64,000 bases of DNA from Felis catus (taxonomy: Eukaryota): NCBI RefSeq assembly GCF_018350175.1, contig NC_058368.1, positions 22,136,001 through 22,200,000 of the forward strand. Reading direction: 5' to 3'. The position numbers and the translations under genes were made by a program. The notes under the pieces are model-generated. The model was not told the origin of the DNA and searched no databases. It saw nothing but the letters and a program-made list of their open reading frames with translations. This document shows, in pieces, positions 38,184 to 50,680 of this stretch. Position 1 is the first letter of the stretch, and each line of letters starts with the position of its first letter.

Positions 38184-38257
38184 TTAGCGGTTCCCGAGAC
38201 ACAGCTTTTTGCTTTGGTGCTGATCTTCACCGGGAGGTATGGGTCTCAACACACCGT
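38184..38257 (-). CDS. CDADC1: CDADC1 last coding exon
   Basis: Acceptor ...gaacgccag|; (N)GVLRPIPPGEDQHQSKKLCLGNR*; phase 1 matches the previous exon; resembles the human C-terminus as recalled. Confidence 0.88.
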
Positions 38258-39979
38258 CTGGCGTTCAAGAATAACTCAATGTCAGGAAAGTTTCACTTCA
38301 AATACGTGGGTATTTGTTAAAGTCATATAGGTTATAAGATCAAAATAATGCCTAAATTCAAAAGGAACACTCATGTTTATTTTACCTTAAAATTCTCAAC
38401 TGTTGAAGAACAGACTCCAGAAAACTCACCCTGGTAGTACAGTATCTGCCCTACTGACGAGCGGGTTCACTCAACTCTGAAATCTGTACTTTAAAAGGGC
38501 AAACATATGATATACAAATTCTACCTCAATAATGGTGTTACAAAATTTAAAAAGAGACAGGAATATTATTTGTTGCTATCAAGCACTTGTTCCAAAATAT
38601 ATATAAAACATGAACTTGCAGTTCAGTGAACAGTCACAAAGTAAACCAACATGTGACCCTAACCCAGGTCAATAAATAAAACATTGCCAACAAAGCAGAA
38701 GCCTTGCTCTTGGCCCTCCCTATCACAACCTCGCCTTTCAATCTCAGGACTGCTAACCGCAGCATGTTTTCCTTTCCTTGGTGATCTAGGAATAATAAAT
38801 CCTAGATACAAGCCCTTTATTGATGATTAAGTGGCAAACATCTCCTATTCTATGGCTTGCCTTTGTACTTTTTCAATGACATCTTTTGATGAACAGATGT
38901 TCTTAATTTTAACATAGATAAATTAATTCATCTTTTTTATGGTTAGTGCCAATTGTGTCCTTTCCCTAACAACAGGGAATTATTAATTGACCCCCTCAAA
39001 CACTGTTATTGAATACACAATCCTTAATCAGATCCACATGTATTTTTCTTTGCATTTTTTTCTCTTTTTTTCCTGGTTAATTTTTTTAAAAGATGGAGTG
39101 GGTAGGTATTTTTTTCCAGATTACAAATAAAAAATACACTACTTGAGTAAGTAAAGTTAATTCAGAACACAGAAAATCAAGATATTTGCATGGAAATTAT
39201 AGAATAGGAATTCTTTTCACAAAGACCTTTATATTTCCTAACTTTTCAGAGTAATCAAATCATTGTTATTATCAAAAAAATTTTACTTATTATAATTAAC
39301 TTCCATTTACCTAGAATCCAAACACATAACATAGCTAATATTTAAAGATAATACTGTATAGCAGCAACTAATGTTCAAAATTATGTGGCTAAGGAATTAC
39401 AAGATTTCCCAAAGTTGACATTACATTAAAAATATCTGTGTTAATATGCAAATAATAAAGCTTTGAAGACTAGTAAGTAATTCATTTATGGTAGCTGAGA
39501 TGATTTTAGTTAGATTATTCAAATAACCAGAGCATTTCCTTTGTCTGACCAATCTCTGCAAATGTGCCTTTACTCTAATAAAAAAGTATATATCCTCTAA
39601 TTTGGCCTTAGAGCCATCTGTATTAATTATACACATTTGTCCTTTCTAACTGTCCAGCAAGCTTTTGTTTGGTATAGAAGAGCATTGTTGTTTACTCTTT
39701 CATATAAATTTAATTTATATATTCAATTTGTGCATGATTATTTGTATTAAACTGCAGATTCTATGGGACTGATTGTAAACCAGCACTTTCCATTGAATCT
39801 AGCATATAGTAGATACACAAATGTTTGTAAACAACTTGAATGGCAAAAATCTAACTTGCAAAAAGAAAATGGTCTATCTACAACCACAATTTCAAACACC
39901 TGATCATTAAAACTCACTATGTATCCTTTCTTCTTAGCAACAAGAGACTTAGCTTAATAAGAGACTTTTAAATACTTAC

Positions 39980-40040
39980 TCTCTCTGCTTTCAGGCTCAT
40001 TTTGTTCACCCACACAAGTTCTTGATGGATTCAGCTGCCA
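39980..40040 (-). CDS. CDADC1: CDADC1 coding exon (61 nt)
   Basis: ccttttacag|WQLNPSRTCVGEQNEPESRE+A|gtaagt. Confidence 0.92.
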
Positions 40041-40135
40041 CTGTAAAAGGGTACAAACCTTTTATTTATATGTTTAAGAAGGATTTAATAAACAACATTT
40101 CAGCATCCTGTTGTCAATATCAAAACATTTTTTTT

Positions 40136-40354
40136 TAATTTTTTTTTTCAACGTTTTTTATTTATTTTTGGGACAGAGAGAGACAGAGCATGAACGGGGG
40201 AGGGGCAGAGAGCCAGGGAGACGCAGAATCGGAAACAGGCTCCAGGCTCCGAGCCATCAGCCCAGAGCCTGACACGGGGCTCGAACTCACGGACTGCGAG
40301 ATCGTGACCTGGCTGAAGTCGGACGCTTAACTGACTGCGCCACCCAGGCGTCCC
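40136..40354 (-). mobile_element. Young felid SINE
   Basis: Near-consensus body; TSD tcaaaacattttttt. Confidence 0.95.
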
Positions 40355-40484
40355 TCAAAACATTTTTTTTAAATGTAAGGAAAAAAAAAACAGCATGTTC
40401 ATACCAACCAGTCCCTATAATGACCCTAAATGACCCTGAATGATATGACTTCTGGGATCAGAATCAATATTCTTAGGGAAGGAA

Positions 40485-41105
40485 TTTTTTTTTTTATATG
40501 GAATTTATTGTCCAATTGGTTTCCATACAACACCCATTGCTCATCCCAACAGGTGCCCTCCTCAATACCCATCACACACTTTCCCCTCCCTCCCACCCCC
40601 CATCAACCCTCAGTTTATTCTCAGTTTTTAAGAGTCTCTTACGGTTTGCCTCCCTCCTTCTCTAACTTTTTTTTCCCCTCCCTCTCCCCCATGGTCTTCT
40701 GTTAAGTTTCTCAGGATCCACATAAGAGTGAAAACATATGGCATCTGTCTTTCTCTGTATGACTTATTTCACTTAGCATCACACTCTCCAGTTCATCCAC
40801 GCTGCTACAAAAGGCCATATTTCATTCTTTCTCGTTGCCAAGTAGTATTCCGTTGTGTATATAAACCACAATTTCTTTAACCATTCGTCAGTTGATGGAT
40901 ATTTAGGCTCTTTCCATAATTTAGCTATTGTTGAGAGTGCTGCTATAAACATTGGGGTGCAAGAGCCCCTATGCATCAGCACTCCTGTATCCCTTGGGTA
41001 AATTCCTAGCAGTGCTAGTGCTGGGTCATAGGGTAGGTCTATTTTTAATTTTTTGAGGAACCTCCACACTGTTTTCCAGAGTGGCTGCACCAGTTTGCAT
41101 TCCCA
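40485..41105 (-). mobile_element. 5'-truncated felid L1 (~620 bp)
   Basis: ORF2 end ([22 protein letters not shown]...), 3'UTR, polyA; flanking ggaaggaa repeats. Confidence 0.95.
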
Positions 41106-41755
41106 GGAAGGAAGGAACTTTAAAGATCCTTTACTTTCATTTTAAAGGTAAAGAAGCAGAAGACCAGAGAAGTGTAGTGACTTGCCCACTAAGGGCAGCA
41201 ACAGAATTAGCATCTGAGTTTGCCCAACACTGTAGAGTTTCCACCACACCACATTCCATCTCCAGGTCCTATGGCATCTTATAACAGCCAGAGAGATATA
41301 AAAAGAGAAAGTACGACCAAGATAATCTTGCCTTTTAGTATGGTTATATCACACCATATACCATATGTCCTCTGATTACAGCATTCCATCTCAACCGTTC
41401 AAAAAGAAATAGGGAAGCCTGATTGTTCTCAGATAGTACCGAGAAGCGTGGGGCAACTGAGAAGAAAAACTGAGTGTAATCAGTACGTCACGGCACAGCC
41501 CTTCCCTTCTCACTTGGCTAGAAATCCCCATCATCAGAATTACTAATGACTTGACCAAAAAGGCCTATTAGGGCACTATGTCTAGAAAGGCACAATTCAA
41601 TGTGCCTTCTGTAAGCATCAATGAGTTCATCAAACTATCATGATCCTTGAGGGGGAACGAGATACAAGACAAACATTTTTCCATGGGTAAAAAAGTCTTT
41701 GGAAAGGGAGGACATCTAGAACTGGTTGGTTGCCTATAGAAATGGGATAGTTGCT

Positions 41756-41985
41756 GGGGCGCCTGGGTGGCGCAGTCGGTTGAGCGTCCGACTTCAGCCA
41801 GGTCACGATCTCGCGGTCCGTGAGTTCGAGCCCCGTGTCGGGCTCTGGGCTGATGGCTCAGAGCCTGGAGCCTGTTTCCGATTCTGTGTCTCCCTCTCTC
41901 TCTGCCCCTCCCCCATTCATGCTCTGTCTCTCTCTGTCCCAAAAAATAAATAAACGTTGAAAAAAAAAATTAAAAAAAAAAAAAA
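41756..41985 (+). mobile_element. Young felid SINE
   Basis: TSD agaaatgggatagttg / agaaatgggatggttg. Confidence 0.96.
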
Positions 41986-43516
41986 AGAAATGGGATGGTT
42001 GGGATTAGCACCAGGAAAAAGAGGACTTACATGGGGTGGAAAATTACATATGAACTTAAAAAAAAAAAAAGGCATGTTTCAAAACATGTCAAACTACTAA
42101 TTTTGGAAAAGTAAAAACTAATAACACTGAATCTATATTTAAGGATAATCATAAAAAGACTATTTCTAACTTTAAGAAACTTAGAAGCCATTTAGGTGCC
42201 TCACAACAGGAGGATGGTTAAATAAGTTATATCTGTAAGTTAGAATATTGTATAACTATTAAACATTATTTTTGAAGAATTCTCAATGACACAGAAAATA
42301 CAGCAATATGTTAACAGTAGTATCTATGAGCTGTAAGAGAATATCTGTTCTTCTTTACATCCTTGGTCCTCTAAAATGAGCATATATTACTTTCAAAATA
42401 AATAAATCTAAAATAAGTAATATGACCTAATAGAGAAAAATGTACATGTATTAAATAGAAACAAAACAAAAGCTTCTGAATAAGGACATGGGTCTACACT
42501 GGTAAAATCTATTCTTGAAAATACTGTTGCTCAGCCCTAGCCTAGTTTGCAACAACCCCACAGAACAGAATCACTCGTCTCAAGGTATATGGTAACACCT
42601 CAAGGAGAAAAGCAAGTTTTCCAAACAAAATTAATTTCAATTTTCTTTAATCTTAAAAAAAAACCAATTTTTTGGACATTCCTATACTACTCTTGACAAT
42701 CTAAAAATAAGTATAACCATTATTGACATTCAAATTTAGAATGAATACTAATTCATGTTAGTCTCTGGTATTTATAAAAAAAAAAAAAAAAAAACCTAGG
42801 CATTTAGCTAACCAGGGAGCTTAAGTCATTTACATAATATTGCAAACCAGGCCAGATGAGGGAAAGGAGGAGAAGGAGGAAAAGGAGGAGAGAGTTAACC
42901 TTCACCAGAAGGAGCACAGAGAAGAATCGTGTGCACCTGAGTGGGGTACTCCTGTGGGTCTTGGCCCATCTCTGCCGAGGGGCCTCACACCCTCTGTCTT
43001 CCTGCCTCCCTCTGCTTCTCTCACCCTATATCTTACATTCTTCTGACCTCTTCATTGTCTTTACAGTGAGAAAGCTACTCAAATCCGCCAGTAAGCAAAA
43101 TATTTCAGAATTCACTTAATCTGTCTGTCACAATCCTGAAGAGCCAGGTCATTTAATCTTTATGGAGAGAATGTGAAACAACTATTTCCTTCTACTCCTC
43201 AGGAGGAATGAAGAGACAGAAAACAAAAACACAAAACCAGAGATTTCTCTTTGACTAGCTGGATGTAAGTTTTTGTTTGCTTTTACAAAAGAGGCACCTT
43301 GCTCATCTCTCCTTTCTTTCAGGGCCCTCCTTTTTTAAAAAAATCATGAACTTTAAATAAAACTGGAAATAAAAAAACAAAAATAAAGGACAAAAATAAA
43401 AAGGGTAAATAGTTATGATACTTCATACACACAAAACCTAGGCAATGTGCTGTTATAATTCCAAAATTTTTAATATAAATATATAAGTATATGTATACAC
43501 ATATGTAGACAGTTTA

Positions 43517-43726
43517 TTATTATTATTTTTTAAATGTTTTATTTATTTATTTTGAAAGAGAGAGAGCAGGAAAGGGGCAGAGAGGGAAGAAGAGAGAGAA
43601 TCCCAAGCAGGCTTCACACTGCAAGCACAGAGTCTGATGCAGGGCTCGATTCCACGAACCATGAGATCATGACCTGAACCGAAACCAAGAGTCAGAGGCT
43701 TAACCGACTGAGCCAGCCAGGTGCCC
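43517..43726 (-). mobile_element. Can-SINE
   Basis: SINE body; imperfect TSD tagacagttta/tagacacttta. Confidence 0.9.
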
Positions 43727-44089
43727 TAATAGACACTTTAAAACATATCTTTTTGGTGCCTTATATGTCCCAGGCACTCTGGACTCAAACAGGAATGTAA
43801 ATTTGAAATTTATAAATAGTTATATGCCTTTTATATCTACTGCAAATTCTTGTATATAAGTGTTACATTAAATGCCAGAATTATCATTAAAAATCAACAT
43901 ATGATTCTGGAGAGGGGATCTTTTTGCTATATAGAACACTGGGACAACTGGTAAACTTTGGCTAGAATCTGTGGATGAAATTATCAATGATAATTTCCCA
44001 AGTTTTGTGGTGGTATCATGGTTTTGTAGGAGAATCTACCATTTGAGGAAATATGTAATAAACTATTTGAGAGTGATCTGGCTATCATT

Positions 44090-44293
44090 TTTTTTAGTAT
44101 TTTTTTTTTTTTTTTTTTTTGGGAGAGCATGAGCAGGGAAGGTGCAGAGAGAGGGGGACAGAGGATCCGAAGTGGGCTCTGTGCTGACAGCCTGACAGCA
44201 GAGAGCCCAATGTGGGGCTCGAACTCACCAACTGCAAGATCATGACCTGAGCCAAAGCTGGACACTCCACCGACTGAGCCACCCAGGCGCCCC
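44090..44293 (-). mobile_element. Can-SINE
   Basis: TSD agagtgatctggc on both sides. Confidence 0.93.
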
Positions 44294-44413
44294 AAGAGTG
44301 ATCTGGCCACCATGTCAACAAGTTACTCTCAAACGTTTCTGAAAAAAAAAAGTTCTTTGAAGTGGTTTTGTAACTTTTCTGTATGTTTGAGATTGTTTCT
44401 AAAAAGTTTTTTA

Positions 44414-44862
44414 GGGGCGCCTGGCGCTGGGTGGCTCAGTCAGTTGAGTGTCGGACTTCAGGTCAAGTCACGATCTCATGGTTTGTGAGTTTGAGCTCCA
44501 CATTGGGCCCTCTGCTGTCGGCACAGAGCCTGCTTTGGATCTTCTGTCCCCCTCTCTGTCTGCACCTTCCCCTGCTTGCTCTCTTTCTCTCTCAAAAATA
44601 AATAAACCAGGGGCGCCTGGGTGGCGCAGTCGGTTGAGTGTCCGACTTCAGCCAGGTCACGATCTCCCGGTCCGTGAGTTCGAGCCCCGCGTGGGGCTCT
44701 GGGCTGATGGCTCAGAGCCTGGAGCCTGTTTCCGATTCTGTGTCTCCCTCTCTCTCTGCCCCTCCCCCGTTCATGCTCTGTCTCTCTCTGTCCCAAAAAT
44801 AAATAAACGTTGAAAAAAAAAAATTTTAAATAAATAAATAAATAAATAAACCAGAAAAAAAA
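44414..44862 (+). mobile_element. Nested SINEs: young felid SINE (44610-44839) inserted in the A-tail of an older SINE
   Basis: Inner TSD aaataaataaacca at 44596-44609 and 44840-44853; outer TSD aaaaagtttttta. Confidence 0.92.
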
Positions 44863-44996
44863 AGTTTTTTAAAAGACTAAATAGTAAAATAAACTTCTAT
44901 GTTTTCCATGAAGTATCTCAGTACTTTTTCTGAAACATCAAATATTAAATCCCTTCTATCTTTTCTAATTCTTCCCATGAGAAATGTGTCGTGAGT

Positions 44997-45000
<4 letters not shown>

Positions 45001-45040
<40 letters not shown>
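45001..45040. repeat. (GT)20 microsatellite
   Basis: Direct reading. Confidence 0.97.
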
Positions 45041-45042
<2 letters not shown>

Positions 45043-45397
45043 TTGTGTGGGTCCCTGTCTTTTGGGTAATCCTAAACTATTTTCATCTCTATTTACCACT
45101 CCAAACCAGAAGGGTGAGGAAGAGGCGGGTGAGGGATTTTCTTTTGTTAGCCACCGGGTGGCACTAAAGGGTCCACCAATTCAGGATCTGTAAGGTCAAT
45201 AATGTGCAACTTGTTACGGACATGTCGATTCATAAGACAGAGATCCTAAGCTGAAAATCTGTAATTAGATGAGTAGTTGCACATAAAAATAAACTCAGTG
45301 ATAATAGTTTGTTGAAAGTCTTTAAAAGCATGGGAATCACTAAAAATATTCAGCAGGGTATAGAAAGTATACTTGAAAAAAATGTGTATCTACTTAC

Positions 45398-45587
45398 TGT
45401 AAATTTGCTAACACCCTCAAGTTCCCCAAATCTCATGTAAGAGATGTCTGCTTTCTTTTTTCCAACATCTACATCTCCTGCATAGATTTGTTTTATGCCT
45501 GCACCTTTAATTAAAGGTACACACTCATCACATGGGCACTTTGTGACAAAGATCATACTTCTTTCTTCTGGTTTTATTTCTTGACAC
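45398..45587 (-). CDS. CDADC1: CDADC1 coding exon with the PCxxC zinc motif (190 nt)
   Basis: ttttttgtag|G+CQEIKPEERSMIFVTKCPCDECVPLIKGAGIKQIYAGDVDVGKKKADISYMRFGELEGVSKFT|gtaagt. Confidence 0.96.
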
Positions 45588-47194
45588 CTACAAAAAATTT
45601 ATAAGTATTAGGAAGGTAGCTTCCACAATGATAGTTATATTTTAGAGAAATCTTCAAATACTAAAACTGAGCTGCTTTTAAAACAAATTTACAGCATTAT
45701 AAACAATAATAAACTTTATTCTTGCCAAATTAGTGAACATACAAAACATATAAACTCATTAAATGTTAATATACAATCTGAACATGACAATTATTATAAT
45801 TAAAATTCATTTATTATTCTAAGCAATTAGTAAGATGTTCAGTATTAGATTACAAATAAAAACAGAAAAAGACAGACACTGAAAGAGAGAGGGAGAAAGG
45901 GAGGGAGAGCAAGAACAATGGATAAGTAAGAACTTTGTAATACCAGAATGAGGGGCTAGAAACTCTCCTCTTTGAGAGTTTACCATGAGAGATTAGACAT
46001 TAGCTCATCATGGTAGCCAAAGGATCTAACCCTTATCTAGTATCGACTGGTTATTTAATAAATGCTTACTAAATTGATAAATTAATATTAAAATTCTGCT
46101 TTGAGTTATAGTTCCTTTATTCCCTCTCTGAGAAAGGATACTTTATTTTAACAAGCGTTTGGCTTTGACAGATTCATACCTCCGCATAAAGTAAGCAAGT
46201 AAACCCGTAATGAAGAGCACAAGGGAAAGAACAGAGCAACTGTTTGCTGAGGGAGTTTAGGACCAAGAAATGCCCTCATCTGAAGCTACGGGGATTACAC
46301 TTCCTGGTTCTGTGGTTTCTGCTGCTCTCAGTCGGCTGTCCTACACAACCATCCGCCCTCCATATTCACCTCCCCAGTTCAGACTCATTCTGCTTGCCTA
46401 GACTAGGGCAACAGAATGTTATGCATCTGGTCTATTTAAATAATATACCTGCAACCTAAGTGATTGGTAGGGTGGCTCTGTCAACGCCCCTCCAACTCCC
46501 CACTTTTAAATTCAAAGTCCTCCCTTGTCCAGCCCCAACCTACTCCCACATGCTCCACAGTCCAGCCCAACTGGAACACTCATGTTCCCAAACACACAAG
46601 CATTTTCCTACTTCTAGACCATTGCTATGCCTGAAGCAAGGATGGCTTCCCTTCAGGTAAGCCTCTCCAATTGCCACAATCCTACCAGACATTCAGAACC
46701 CAGCTCAAATGCCAGCTCCTCCTTAAAGCTTTCCCCTTTCACTTCCCCTCCATCTGCAGCAGTCCATGAATTTCCACAGGACTGTGTGTTGGCATTTCCC
46801 AGAGAACCGATCACCTTGGCTCAAAAGCACTTTTCTATCCTCCTGCCGCATTATAAGCTCCTCAAAGACCCAAGCCATGTCTCGCTCAGTTTTGAACCCC
46901 CTAAGATCACTCCCTCAGTGGTAATGACTGAGGAATGTTTGTGGAAATGATCTAAATGAACACCAGAAGGAGGTGATGCCAGTTATAATCTCTCACCGTA
47001 ACTATGTTAAAGCAATTCGGTTCATGATAAAATCTATATATTCCTAAGTATATGCGTTCTAGGTTTAGAAAACAAAGGACATCTTACAACTGAGAAAGTG
47101 GAAGACCCTAAGGACAAACACCAAGCAGTTTTATATTGGAGAGAGAAGGAAGACCAAAAAAAAAAAAAAAAAACAGGCTCGCTCAGCAAATTTG

Positions 47195-47915
47195 TTTTTT
47201 TTTTTTTTTAAATATATGAAATTTATTGTCAAATTGGTTTCCATACAACACCCAGTGCTCATCCCAACAGGTGCCCTCCTCAATACCCATCACCCACCCT
47301 ACCCTCCCTCCCACCCCCCATCAACCCTCAGTTTGTTCTCAGTTTTTAAGAGTCTCTTATGCTTTGGCTCTCTCCCACTCTAACCTCTTTTTTTTTTTTT
47401 TTTCCTTCCCCTCCCCCATGGGTTTCTGTTAAGTTTCTCAGGATCCACATGAGAGTGAAACCATATGGTATCTGTCTTTCTCTGTATGGCTTATTTCACT
47501 TAGCATCACACTCTCCAGTTCCATCCACGTTGCTACAAAGGGCCATATTTCATCTTTCCCATTGCCACGTAGTACTCCATTGTGTATATAAACCACAATT
47601 TCTTTATCCATTCATCAGTTGATGGACATTTAGGCTCTTTCCATAATTTGGCTATTGTTGAGAGTGCTGCTATAAACATTGGGGTACAAGTGCCCCTATG
47701 CCTCAGTACTCCTGTATCCCTTGGGTAAATTCCTAGCAGTGCTACTGCTGGGTCATAGGGTAGGTCTATTTTTAATGTTTTGAGGAACCTCCACACTGTT
47801 TTCCAGAGTGGCTGCACCAGTTTGCATTCCCACCAACAGTGCAAGAGGGTTCCAGTTTCTCCACATCCTCTCCAGCATCTACAGTCTCCTGATTTGTTCA
47901 TTTTGGCCACTCTGA
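47195..47915 (-). mobile_element. Young 5'-truncated felid L1 (~720 bp)
   Basis: ORF2 C-terminus, 3'UTR and polyA; perfect 17-bp TSD ctcgctcagcaaatttg at 47178-47194 and 47916-47932. Confidence 0.97.
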
Positions 47916-48128
47916 CTCGCTCAGCAAATTTGAAGGTGTGGAGGATCTCTGGCAATGGCCTCAGGTCAGACAGCCCAGACCAAGTATATCTGAAATTATA
48001 CTTCTGAGAAGAATATTTCTTAGAATTAAAAAAAGAAAAGAAAAAGAAAGAAATTATAGCTAAAAGAAACTAATTTCAACTAACCCTTGCTACATTTTAA
48101 AGAAAAGACATGCAAACAAATTTCATAC

Positions 48129-48298
48129 CTAAATGTCAAGGCATTCTGTTCCGCATGTACAATGTATCTGAATTTCCTTATTTCTCTGTCTTTCTGTTTA
48201 TCATCCATGTGTGGGAAATCAGCATACTCGGACCCAACAGGAAAAGCATTATAACCGCATCCTATGAAGTACATGGCACCGGTTCCATCCCAACTCCT
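48129..48298 (-). CDS. CDADC1: CDADC1 coding exon with the HAE catalytic motif (170 nt)
   Basis: ttgctctcacag|RSWDGTGAMYFIGCGYNAFPVGSEYADFPHMDDKQKDREIRKFRYIVHAEQNALTF+AG|gtatga. Confidence 0.96.
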
Positions 48299-49194
48299 CT
48301 GTGAGAGCAAGCAAACCAACAAAGCTGAGCTGTCAACATAGAAAGGCATCTGGCAGTGTATTTAAAGCCTGGCATCACACTTTACATAACCAATTCCATT
48401 TTCTGTCACCAAAAAAAAAAAAACATACGATCCTACACCCTCCTGCTGCAACATGGTTTTATCAAAGCTAAATTTTAAGAAGTCTGATCATTTCTAACGT
48501 ATAATCTCAAGGCAGTCCTTGGTGTTAGCTATTAAACACCAGCTTGTTTAATTCACAAACTGTTTGACTCGATTCAGACATCTTTCCCCAAATAAATTAT
48601 AAGATCCTGGAAAACAGAAACCATGCTTTATGCCTCTTTTTTATGCCTTAAAGTACACCTATTAGAGTGCTCCACACATAACAGGTACTCCATAAGTAAT
48701 TGTTAATTTTGTATATGCTCTGTGCTGTTCTACTGGTTAGCAAACCAGAAACACTGAAAATATTTTGAACAATTTCAACTATTAGACTAAAAATATGCTG
48801 TAGTGATATTGCTGGAAAATAAAAATGCACTTTCCTTTAACTTCATATTTATTGTGTATTTATTTATATTGTGTATATATATTATAAAATAATATATATA
48901 CAAAATAATACATATTTAATGAATCTTTTTACTTAAGTGGATTTTTTAATTTCTCATGGTCAATGGCATATTAGGTATAACATGAATGCTTTATCAGTTA
49001 CTAGAGTGAAATATTTTATACAGCATAAGTGTTTATAATAATTTAGAATATACTATAAACCACTAAATTTCAATATATTATAACTACTCATGTGATAATA
49101 TCAACATACTCATTACTATGGCAGCTTGATAAAAATCATTGTTATGATGAGCCAATAAACACAAATAAAATGTTATCTCAATAATAATAATAAA

Positions 49195-49440
49195 TTATTC
49201 TTGAGCATTTACTAAATGTCAAACATCATGCCAAGTTTTTCGTGTATTATTTCATTTAATCAATCCTCACAACAATCTAGGCAGTAGTACTATTACTTTT
49301 CCCATTTTATAGATAAGGAAACTGAGGCCCAGAGAGATTAAACTTGTCTGGGGTTATAAATGCTAGTGACATAGCCAGAATTCAAGCCCAGGTTGCTGGA
49401 CCCCAAACCCATGTCTTTCCACTTTACCAGGCTACCTACC
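49195..49440 (-). mobile_element. MIR
   Basis: cattttatagataaggaaactgaggcccagagagattaa core. Confidence 0.85.
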
Positions 49441-50151
49441 ATAGATAACTTGACTGGAAACTTAAATTCTCTACAAAGCACTTGAGAACCACATGCTAAG
49501 CCAAAAGGCTGCTGGGCATTCATATCAACACAAATGAGAGTTCCAGCCATAGGCCAGGCACTGTGCTGGGAATACAGCTGCAAGCAAGACAGGGTCTTCC
49601 TGCCCTCATACACTGGAGATAAGAACCTGTGCACATAATTTCAACTGTGATGAGCATCATAAATTAGGTGCACAGAATGCTATGGGAGTTTGTGGCAGAG
49701 GAACCTATTCTATTAGGTGGTTAATAGGTGGGGCGAGTTAGGTAGAGTCAAGACATCTTTTGAAGGTGGAATTTATAGCACTTGGTGATTGATTATATAT
49801 GTGTAGTAACAGGGAATGGTAATGGTGACCACTGATGAAGGAATAGGTTGGCAGGGAAGATACTGGATTATTGGCTAGGTTGAACGTGAGGGCCTTATGA
49901 TACATCCAGGGAAATAGTCAAATTAGTTGCCATGAAGTCTACTGAAGAAGAATCTAGGCTCCCTACTCACCTTTCAGCTAGCCTTATAGTTACTAAGTAT
50001 CTCTTGATCTCACGCCTTTCCAACCCAACCCCACAACTCTGAGGCTTCATCATCTCCTTTTTCTTAACTCCCTATTTGCTGTCCAGCCCCACTTCATTCT
50101 CCTTATGATGTAAATCTGATCAAATTATTTTCCCACTTAAAATATTCTTGG

Positions 50152-50680
50152 ATTGCACTGTCCAATACAGTAGCCATTAGCCACATGTGGTTGGTCTGAA
50201 TTCAGAAGCACTATTAAGTGTAAAATACACACAGGACTGTGAAGACTTAATACTCTCCCCAGATGCAGCATATTTTATTAATAGCTTTTATGCCAATTAC
50301 AGGTTGAAATAATATCTGGAAATATGATTAAATAAAATATATTCTTGGGGAGCCTGGATGGCTCAGTTGGTTAAGCGTCCGACTTCGGCTCAGGTCATGA
50401 TCTCACAGTTTGTGGGTTCAAGCCCCGCATCGGGCTCTGTGCTGACAGCTCAGCTCAGAGCCTGGAGCCTGCTTCCAATTCTGTGTCTCCCTCTCTCTCT
50501 GCCCCTCCCCTGCTCATGGTCTGTCTCTCTCTGTCTCAAAAATAAATAAAACATTAAATATATATATATATTTATTCTTAAAATTAATTCACCTGTTTCT
50601 TTCTTTTTTTTTTTTTAATGTGGCTCCTCGAAAATTTAAAATTATGTGTAACTTGCTTTTTATTTCTACTGGTTAGCACT
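50152..50680. mobile_element. MER3/MER33-like hAT relic split by a SINE
   Basis: gcactgtccaatacagtagccattagccacatgtgg...aaaattaattcacctgtttc...atttctactggttagcact. Confidence 0.7.
50347..50560 (+). mobile_element. Can-SINE
   Basis: ggggagcctggatggctcagttggttaagcgtccgacttcggctcagg head, (CT)n and tail. Confidence 0.93.

Noticed and set aside
42840..43119. Purine-rich ORFs or GC-richer block as an exon
   Set aside because: Low-complexity GGA/GAA sequence without convincing splice sites or homology
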